Shown here in pieces: positions 1 to 8,000 of a stretch of 64,000 nt of DNA. The position numbers and the translations under genes are program-made. Position 1 is the first letter of the stretch. Each line of letters starts with the position of its first letter. The DNA comes from a virus. The notes under the pieces were generated by a model. That model was not told where the DNA came from, ran no database searches, and saw only the letters and a program-made list of their open reading frames with translations. The DNA lies in the IMG/VR virus record IMGVR_UViG_3300048088_000314, positions 26,805 to 90,804 of that record. One strand, given 5' to 3'.

Positions 1-190
1 AGCCATTGGTAGAAATCCTCGGGACGATGCTTGACGCAGGGGCGTTCGCGGGATTTCCCGGAGGAATCTCACGAGTGAGGCATCCGGTTCTTCTGGACTC
101 GATGATTAAGTATCAGGCGAGCGGTGACATTGAGCTATTCCCCGCAGAGCCTGACATCCTGGCCATCACCCGAACCGTAGCGCGGGGCTC

Positions 191-418
191 GTGATGGACA
201 CCGCTGTTTGCGCCCTCTTTGCGAAGTCCTGGCCGAGCGAGGAACGGGGAGTTCCGATCACCGTGGACATTCAAGGTGTCGACGGAGTCTGGCGCACCGA
301 GCGGATGGTGGCTCCGGGATTCAGCACCAGCCAAGGCATTCGGTTCAGGATCCGCGACTTGGCCGCGCAGCCTGACCTGGGACTGCCGGGCGTGCGCGTT
401 CACGAAGCGAGGCGATGA
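191..418 (+). CDS. hypothetical phage protein
   Basis: ORF coupled by GTGA/ATGA overlaps to its neighbours. Confidence 0.5.
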   Translation: MMDTAVCALFAKSWPSEERGVPITVDIQGVDGVWRTERMVAPGFSTSQGIRFRIRDLAAQPDLGLPGVRVHEARR

Positions 419-1308
419 TGCCCCTCCTCCCCGGTAAGGAAAATATCTCCCGAAACATCTCCGAGCTCACCCACCACGGGAGCCGCGAAAGGAGTCACCG
501 GCAAATCGTCGCCATCGCGCTCGCAAACGCCGATCGGCATCCGCACAAGGCCGGCGGAGGCGGGATCGGCTTCGCCGGCGGCGGGTTTGCGAAGCCGCCC
601 GCCTTCCACCTGATGCCCCCGGTGCACGCCCTGGCGCCGGTGCCGAAGCCGGAATCGCCAAGCATGGGCACGCCGTCCTGGACGCGCTCGACGATGCGGA
701 TGGACAGCCCAGCCCACATGCGGTTCGCCCGGGGCGGGATCGGCGAGTACGTGGAGTTCGGTGGCCACGAGCACATGGCGGGCGGCGGCGATGATGGCGC
801 GGTTGCCGGGCCGGTGATCCCAGATGAGGCGATGCACAGCGGGCTAATCGGCGGCGTCGGCGGCGGCCGTACCGATCGCACTCCGCTTTCAGTCCCCAGT
901 GGTGCGCATGTTGTGCCGGCTGACGCGGTATCCGGACTTGGCCAGGGGGCAAGTCACAACGGAGCGGCGCTGTGGGCTGCGGCGATCCGTGGTGGCCCCT
1001 GGGGCGTTCCGGTTCCGGCGACACACGGCGGCCATGGCCCGCCCTCGGCGCCGCATGCAGCCGCCCAACAGACCCAGACGATGGCGGAGGGTGGCGAGGC
1101 GCGCACATCGATCCTTGCGGCAAGCGGCGAGGTCGTCGTGGCACCCGAGGATGTCGAAGCTATCGGAGAGAGGGCGATCCGCGATGGCAGAGCAAAACGT
1201 GGCGAGAGTGCTGCGGATGTGGGCCATCGACTGATCGACGAAGCCATTGATCGCGTTCGAAAATTCAACATTTCGTGGCTTCGCGCCGCGCCGCCTCCAA
1301 AAAAATAG
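415..1308 (+). CDS. putative virion-associated protein with repeated (F/M)AxGG motifs
   Basis: N-terminus MPLLPGKENISRNISEL..RQIVAIAL; GGRTD..LSVPSGAHVVPADAV and ASGEVVV motifs typical of phage virion/tape-measure-type modules. Confidence 0.65.
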   Translation: MMPLLPGKENISRNISELTHHGSRERSHRQIVAIALANADRHPHKAGGGGIGFAGGGFAKPPAFHLMPPVHALAPVPKPESPSMGTPSWTRSTMRMDSPAHMRFARGGIGEYVEFGGHEHMAGGGDDGAVAGPVIPDEAMHSGLIGGVGGGRTDRTPLSVPSGAHVVPADAVSGLGQGASHNGAALWAAAIRGGPWGVPVPATHGGHGPPSAPHAAAQQTQTMAEGGEARTSILAASGEVVVAPEDVEAIGERAIRDGRAKRGESAADVGHRLIDEAIDRVRKFNISWLRAAPPPKK

Positions 1309-1354
1309 AGACAATTCGCGCGACGATCGGGTACGGTCGCCGCCGTCACGGAAA

Positions 1355-2129
1355 GGCGGTCACGGTTCGGCTCGGTGGGGCGGGCTATGGCACGGTATGC
1401 CTCGGTCCGGCCTGGCGGTCATGGCTGGGTTGTCAGGGGCCTGGCGAGCAGGGGCCGGGTGTGTTCTGGCGGTAGCGGCTAGGACCGGCATGGCCTGTCG
1501 AGGCGTGTCCTGTTGAGGCTTGGCGGTTGGGGCCTGGTCTGGTCTGGAACGATGAGCCGTGGCGAGGCTTGTTAGATCGGTCGTGGAACGGCGAGGTTGG
1601 CCGGCTCCGGATTGGTTAGTCGAGGCGGTAGCGGCAGGGCGCATTGCGGGAAGCCGAGGCTGGGCCGGTCAGGGTACGGCTGGGCGGGGCGTGTTACGGC
1701 CCGGCGGTCGCGGAAAGCCGAGATTGGCAAGGCCGGGCAAGCCGGGGCGGTCATGGCAGGGACGGGGTCGGATCGGTTTGGCTGGGCAACGCGGTCATGG
1801 CAAGGACCGGCCACGTCTGTCTTGGTCGGGCCAGGCATGGTGCGGCGGTCACGGTTAGCCCCGCATTGGCCAGTCCAGGCGGGGCAAGGCGGTCGTGGAG
1901 TGGCCAGGAGCGGCCAGCCCAGACTGGGTAAGGCCCGGCGAGGCGGTCTAGGTCCGGTTAGGCTTGGCTCGGTCGGGCGCGGCTCGGCGGGGCGGTCGGG
2001 GCGAGGCACGGCCCGGCGCGGTTAGGCTTGGCGGTTGCGGCTTGGGTTGGCGTGTTGAGGCGGGGCAACGCTCGGCATGTCGGTCGAGAAAAGGCGCGGC
2101 TAGGCGGGGCGTGGCACGGTATGCCGGTT
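1355..2129 (+). repeat. array 1: 16 units of (NN-GGY)n separated by GGCGGTY-like linkers; candidate guide-RNA array
   Basis: Linkers at 1355, 1414, 1468, 1522, 1576, 1624, 1664, 1703, 1746, 1790, 1844, 1888, 1942, 1991, 2030, 2079, 2123. Example 1949-1990: ta GGT cc GGT ta GGC tt GGC tc GGT cg GGC gc GGC tc GGC gg. Confidence 0.9.
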
Positions 2130-2281
2130 GCGTCTTGACGTGGTCGCCGCCGCCGCCGTAACCTAATTTCGTTACTCGCGGCGGTCACCGCGTGGACGCA
2201 ACATCAGAGAGCTTCCCGCCTCGGTGTTGCTTTGCAACCCCTGAACCATGCGTCCCGGGCGTGACCGGCCGGGGCGGGGAG
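2127..2281 (+). promoter_or_regulatory. structured RNA between array 1 and the RAMP gene
   Basis: GTTGCGTC(2127-2134)/GACGCAAC(2195-2202) closes a long hairpin; CTTCCCGCCTCGGT(2212-2225) pairs with GCCGGGGCGGGGAG(2268-2281), which contains the SD. Confidence 0.55.
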
Positions 2282-2288
2282 ACCACTT

Positions 2289-3161
2289 GTGAAATCGAAG
2301 AAAACTGAAGCAGTAGAAGTCGAACTTCTTGAAATCCGGCAAGCGTCGGCTGTGTTCTGTATCGTCGGAGTTTCTCCGTTGATTTACAACGCGGTGAGCC
2401 AGAAGGCCCAGCGCGAATTGTTGATGCCATCGGGCCGAAAGAACGCCGCGGCGCGGGCAAGCTCCCTGAAGCACGACCCGATCACTGAATATCAAAACTC
2501 GATCTACCGCGCCCACGAGGATGATGCGCCGACGCGGATGGTTTTCCCGGCAGTGGCCTTCAAGAAGGCGCTGGCTACTGCTGCCCTGGACATCCCAGGG
2601 GCGACGAAAGCGGCGGTGGGCCGGCTCTCCTGGGTCACCGGCGACAAGACGCCGATCTACGGTGTCCCGCAAATTCTCCTGAGTGTCGTGAGGTCGGCCG
2701 ATATGAACCGGACGCCGGACATTCGAACGCGGGCGATCCTGCCGCGGTGGGCCTGCGCGATCCGGATCAATTTCGTCCAACCCCAGTTGTCGGAGCGCAA
2801 TGTCGTGCATCTGCTCGCGGCGGCCGGGGTCCTGTGCGGGATCGGCGATTTTCGTCAGGAGAAGGGCGCGGGGTCTTACGGTCAGTTCCGCATTGCGGAT
2901 GGGCCTGACGATCCCGAGTTCGTCGAGATCGTCCAGAGCGGCGGTCGCGAGGCGCAGGATGCGGCGCTCGCAAACCCCGAGACCTACGACAACGAGACGG
3001 CGTCACTGTACGCCTGGGTCACCGAGGAGATCGCCAAGCGCCGCGAGGCTGGCGTGGAGGCGTCGCGCCACGCTCCGGAAGGCGAGGACGACGTCCCCCA
3101 GGTCGGGACGTTGCTGAAGCCGCGTCGCGGGCGCAAGGCCAACGGCGAGGCGCACGCCTAA
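2289..3161 (+). CDS. Cas7/RAMP-like protein
   Basis: N-terminal strand IVGVSPLIYN, FPAVAFKKAL helix (cf. Csm3 IPGSSLKG) and C-terminal glycine loop GIGDFRQEKGAGSYGQF; GGGGAG SD. Confidence 0.7.
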   Translation: MKSKKTEAVEVELLEIRQASAVFCIVGVSPLIYNAVSQKAQRELLMPSGRKNAAARASSLKHDPITEYQNSIYRAHEDDAPTRMVFPAVAFKKALATAALDIPGATKAAVGRLSWVTGDKTPIYGVPQILLSVVRSADMNRTPDIRTRAILPRWACAIRINFVQPQLSERNVVHLLAAAGVLCGIGDFRQEKGAGSYGQFRIADGPDDPEFVEIVQSGGREAQDAALANPETYDNETASLYAWVTEEIAKRREAGVEASRHAPEGEDDVPQVGTLLKPRRGRKANGEAHA

Positions 3162-3166
3162 CGCAA

Positions 3167-3204
3167 CAGGGAAGGGGCGCGGCTGCGGTCGCGCTCCCTT
3201 TCTG
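3167..3204 (+). other. 17-bp intergenic hairpin
   Basis: CAGGGAAGGGGCGCGGC-TGCG-GTCGCGCTCCCTTTCTG (G-U pairs, one mismatch). Confidence 0.6.
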
Positions 3205-3218
3205 ACAAGGAGGAACAG

Positions 3219-3692
3219 ATGTTCATCAGCGACGAAGTCAAAAATTCGGTTTTGGCCCTGGCCGATCGCAACGGTGGCATTGTCCAGCCCGAGCAACTGG
3301 TCGAGGCAGCGGCCGATCCGAGCCATCCTGCGAATGGCTGCTTCGAATGGGACGATGCGAAAGCCGCTGCTCGCGACCGGCTCACGACCGCGCGCATCAT
3401 TATCCGGAGCATTCGGCTGGTGGTCGACGTGGTCGAATTGACGGGACCGAGGCGGGTGCCGGCGTTCGCGGTCAATCAGAGCGGCAGCGGATATGCCACG
3501 TTGGATTCCCTCCGCAGCGATCCCGATGCGGCGCGGGCGGCGGCCGTTTACGAGTTCCAGCGCGCGGCGGCGGCACTGCGTCGAGCTCGGCAGATCGGGG
3601 TGGAACTGGGTCTGGGGCCGGCAGTCGACGCCACGGTGGCGCGGCTGGTCGGCGATGTCGAATCAGCGACGCAGGTTTACGCTGCGCGCTGA
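3219..3692 (+). CDS. phage hypothetical protein, partner of the RAMP gene
   Basis: AAGGAGG SD; SHP..CFEWDD.KAA..DRL..AR.IIR motif seen in phage proteins. Confidence 0.8.
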   Translation: MFISDEVKNSVLALADRNGGIVQPEQLVEAAADPSHPANGCFEWDDAKAAARDRLTTARIIIRSIRLVVDVVELTGPRRVPAFAVNQSGSGYATLDSLRSDPDAARAAAVYEFQRAAAALRRARQIGVELGLGPAVDATVARLVGDVESATQVYAAR

Positions 3693-3696
3693 CGTC

Positions 3697-4172
3697 AAGG
3701 AATGGAACGGCGGTTCGGGCTAGGATCGTCTAGGACAGGTCTGGTCAGATTCGGCTTGGCGGTCGCGGATGGACAGGGTAAGGCCAGCCTTGGCTCGATG
3801 TGTCACGGTAGGGCGGGGTAAGGCGGTCGGGGCGAGGCACGGCCCGGCGCGGGTAGGCTTGGCCGGGCGGTCGGGGCGGGGTCTGGGCAGGTGTGGCTAG
3901 GCTTGGCGGTCGAGGCGGTGCGTGGAGTGGCTGGGCGCGTAAGGCAACCTCCGGCGGTCGAGGCTTGGATGCCGTGGCGTGGTGAGCTCGGGCGGTCGAG
4001 GAATGGCCGGGGGTGGCATGGCGTGGTGAGGTTGGGCGGTCCGGGCTAGGCGGTCAAGGCTAGGTGCGGCCCGGTGAGCATGGGCGTGGCCGGGCGGTCA
4101 TGGCTGGGTGCGGCCGGGCAACACATGGTGGGGCGGGGCCGGACAAGGCATGGCGGTCGCGGATTGGCCGTC
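3697..4172 (+). repeat. array 2: about 10 (NN-GGY)n units with GGCGGTC linkers
   Basis: Linkers at 3709, 3758, 3822, 3866, 3905, 3953, 3991, 4035, 4049, 4093, 4152; followed by a hairpin at 4168-4200. Confidence 0.9.
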
Positions 4173-4216
4173 ATGCTTTCTCCCACGTGGAGAGGGACGG
4201 TAATGTTGTGACGGAG

Positions 4217-4786
4217 ATGCCAAAAACCGTGCGTCTGGCGGAGCCTCCGGACGAGGCGCAGTTGTTCTCCCTGCTGATCGACATGCACCGCTACAACGGC
4301 GGCGGCTGGGGCATTCCCTACAATCTTGCGCTTGTGCGCGACCATGTCGAGGCGGGGACGCGCCGGATCATGCGAACGGACGCGCAGGGGATACAGCGGC
4401 CCGATACGCGATTCCGGAGCAATCCCAACAATGAGGCGGTCGCATCGATCGGGGTGATCGGTCCCCTGGGTGGCCATCTCGAAGCGTCGATCGGCCTCTT
4501 CGTCGAGCCTGTCGCTTGGTTCAGCGACGTGCCGGGCTTCTCCGAAAAATGGCTTTTCGTGCGTCCGGAGGCGCGCGATCGGCGTCATCTCGAGGACGAT
4601 CTCTTCCATTTTGCCCGGTGGGCCAGATCGTTCATGGACGCGGGCGCCCAGCCGTTTCCCTTTCGGTTGTTGACTGGGTTTGTTTACGATGGGGCTGATC
4701 CGCGGCGCCGTGCGGCGATGGACCGGCTGTGGACTCGGAAGAGCGGGGGGCGTCGGATTGGCTCTCTTTTTATGACCGACCGATGA
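4217..4786 (+). CDS. GNAT-like (acetyltransferase-fold) virion-module protein
   Basis: VRLAEPPD start and W(F)S...SEKWLFVRPEAR motif; sits before ejection proteins. The ORF-track 5' extension lies in array 2; GTG 4208 is an alternative start. Confidence 0.55.
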   Translation: MPKTVRLAEPPDEAQLFSLLIDMHRYNGGGWGIPYNLALVRDHVEAGTRRIMRTDAQGIQRPDTRFRSNPNNEAVASIGVIGPLGGHLEASIGLFVEPVAWFSDVPGFSEKWLFVRPEARDRRHLEDDLFHFARWARSFMDAGAQPFPFRLLTGFVYDGADPRRRAAMDRLWTRKSGGRRIGSLFMTDR

Positions 4787-4983
4787 AGCTGGCAGACGCG
4801 CTCTTTGAAGCATCGCGCGATCCTCAGAATCTCAGAGCGCGCAGGCCGACGTGGAACGACGAGAGCGCGTGCGTCCTCTACAAGGGACACCCGCTTCTGA
4901 TGATCGGCGGTCGACCGTCGCCCAATTGCGAATTGCGGAACGATGATTGGGCTGCCGACGATTGGGAGATAGTCCCGGCCTAA
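4783..4983 (+). CDS. DUF2829/Tad2-like small protein
   Basis: LADAL..ARRPTWN...DWAADDWEIV pattern; ATGA overlap with the upstream gene. Confidence 0.5.
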   Translation: MKLADALFEASRDPQNLRARRPTWNDESACVLYKGHPLLMIGGRPSPNCELRNDDWAADDWEIVPA

Positions 4984-5063
4984 CGGGGCTCGGAAAGGCC
5001 GGCTGACAGGGAGGCCATCTCCAGGTATTCTACACGCGCGATCTGTTCAAAGGCGGGCGCGCG

Positions 5064-8000
5064 ATGAGCTCCCAAGGCGCAACAACCACGACGTCGAGCG
5101 CACCGCCTCCGCAGGTGATGCAGAACTACACCCAGTTGACGGGTGCTGCCACCGGGGTCGCGCAACAGCCGCTCAATCTTTACACGGCGCCCGTCGTTGC
5201 GGGCTTTACACCGCAGCAGCAGCAGGCGTTCCAGGATGTTCAGAACGCCTCGGGTATCCAGACGCCCTACATCAACGCTGCGGCGCAGGAGTACGCGACC
5301 GCGACGACGCCGCTGTGGCCGACGCTGCCGACCTTCGGGACCGGGTCGGTCAACACGTACCTGAACCCGTACACGACCGACGTCACCAACCAGCTTACGA
5401 ACCTCTACGACCAGCAGAATGCCCAGGCTGCGGCGCAGCTTGCCGGGCAGTCGACGACGGCGGGCGCTTACGGTGGCGACCGCGAGGCGGTGGCGCAGGG
5501 GATTCAAACCCAGCAAGAGCAGATGGCGCAGGCGCCGACGCTCGCGCAGGTCCAGCAGCAGGGCTACCAGCAGGCGGTCAATGAGTTCAACAACCAGCAG
5601 GCGACGCAGCTTGCCGCCGAGCAGGCCAATTCATGGCTGGCGTCGCAAGCGGGCTTTGGCCTGGCGGGGCTGGGCTCTCAGGCCCAGAGCGCCGCGCTGC
5701 AGGGTGCCAGTGCCGAGATGCAGGCAGGGGCGGCTCAGCAGGCTCTGGCCCAGCAGCAGTTGAATGTCCCCTACCAGCAGTACCAGCAAACCCAGGCCTA
5801 CCCATACCAGCAGCTTTCGTTCCTGACGCCGATCGTCGAGGGGACGGGATCGCTATCGGGCGGCACGGGGAGCACGACGCAGCCGCCGCCGAGCATGCTG
5901 GGGCAGGTAGCCGGCGCCGCGACCGCTGGGGCCGGCCTTATCAACGCCTTCCCCTCCTCGCCGTCCTATCCTCCGGTGGACTATGCCACCAATCCGACTG
6001 GCGGATTTGCCCGCGGTGGCCGCCTCGGCTTTGCCGATGGCGGCGGGATCGGTAGTGGCGGGCTCAATCTTCCGGGCAGCCCTAGCGGGGGGATCGGCAC
6101 CCTCAACTTCCCGGACCTCAGCATCTCGTTCATCCCCCCTCCCCCGACGTCAGCGGGCGGCAAGTCGATGTTCAACCCAACGCAGCCCGATGTCACGACC
6201 ACCACGAGCGGCGGCGGGGGCGGGATTCTCGGTGCCGTTGGGCCGCTGCTCACCATCGCGAAATTCGTCGTTCCCCTCATCGGTGCGAAGGACGGGGGAG
6301 CTATGCGCGAGCATCGTGCGGCCGGCGGAACGGGTGGGATTGGCGACTATACGTCCCTGGCGACGCCAGCGCTCCCCGTGCCGACGCTTGAGCTTCCCTG
6401 GCTGAAGATGATGCAGCATCAGCAAGGTTCCCACATGGGGGCGGGCCCACCGAAGGCTCCCACGCCGGGAGCGGCACCCGACCCGATGAAGGGGGTCCAG
6501 GATCTCGGCGGCGCGGTCGGCAGTCTCGGAAAGCTGTTCAATAGCGACAGCACCGGCGGAGATTATGGTGGCGGGGGCGACAGCACTACCACGGGGAAGT
6601 CAGGCGGTGGCGCGATCGGTCGGGCCCATTACCAGACAGGGGGGCCGGGGCCGACCAGCGTTCCGACCTCGGTGATGGCGCAGTTCGGCGGAGCGCCGCC
6701 GAACGTCCAGAGCCAGTTGCAGCAGCTTCTCCAGTTGCCTCTGGCGCAGTTGCAGGAAATGGCGGTGCAGTATCCGCCGACGACCTCTCAGGGCCAGATG
6801 ATCGCCCAGGCTATCGCGCAGAAGCAGGCGACGCCGGGATCCGGGACGGCGCCCCAGACACCCGCGCCGCAGCAGCCGTTTGTTGGCCTTGGTGGTTCGG
6901 GTGGATCGACTGGGGGCACGGCATCTCTGGCGACCTCGCCGGAGAGCTATGGCGGGACTTCGCATTTGGCCAGCGGTGGGCAAGCCGAAGCGGCCGACAC
7001 CCGCGGTTACGTGACGCCCGAGGAGCTCGATCCGCGGCCGGTGGTCGATCACTCCGGAAGCACGGTCAAGGTCAATTACCCCTCGGAAGGGAAGTCGCTC
7101 GATTTGGGATTGCCACCGATCAGGCCAGAGCGCCGCGCTGCGGGGGGATCCGCCGGCGCGGCCATGCCGGTGGTGCCGCATGTCAGCCTTTCTGGTGGCG
7201 AATGGGCTCCCGTGCCGACGTCTGATGCGTCGGCGCCAGCACATTTGCCGATCACTGGGCCAGCGAACAATGCACCGCTCGGGGGGACGCAACAAGCAGG
7301 GGAGAACAACACGTCTCCGGCCGCGTTTTTTACGAGCAGCATGCCGACCGCTAACGGTGTTGCCATCCCGCAATTGTCGAATCAGATGTTCGGGCCGGTC
7401 CAGGGTGTTACGCCGGGATCAGGCCTGCCGGGCTGGTACGCGCCGCTACCGCAGCAGACCGTGTTTGGCACGGGCCCTGGCGGCTCGACCATCTTCCCGA
7501 CGTCAACCGCCTTCACCCCGGCCATGGCGCCGATCACGTCAGTCTATGGTGGTTCCGTCCCGACCTGGGCAGGTGGTTCGAGCGCTCCTGCGCCGGCGAC
7601 TGGCGGGACGATGACCCAGGATCAGATCGACCAGATGAATGCCGCCACCACTGCGGCGAACTACGCGCAGGCGGCATCCGGCTACAAGCGCGGCGGTCGT
7701 TTTGGGGAGGGCGGCGGCATCGGCGGCTCACGCCCTTTCCGCGGACATTTCGATGAGGGCGGCGATCTAAATCCTGGCGATGAACTGCCAATCCCGAGCG
7801 CGCCCGTCGACGCCGGCTATGTAGATGCCGGGGTTGCCGGCTCGGGTGCCGGGCCTGGCACTCTGGATCTTCTGCAAGAGCGCGAGGCGGAGGATCGGGT
7901 GAGGGCGGACCGTGCCCTGGCGAAGATTACCGCGTCGGCAGAAGGTAAGGGCGGCATCGGCAAGAGTGTTACGGGGCATCCGATGCTGATGCGAGAGCCA

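Noticed and set aside
1247-2188. Arg/Gly/Pro-rich ORFs over array 1, and the 5' extension of ORF 4064
   Set aside because: By-products of a stop-poor 5-nt periodic repeat; the period is incompatible with codon structure.
1355-4172. Canonical CRISPR array or simple microsatellite
   Set aside because: There are no 23-47 bp identical repeats with unique spacers. The NN positions are too diverse and the linkers too regular for slippage repeats.
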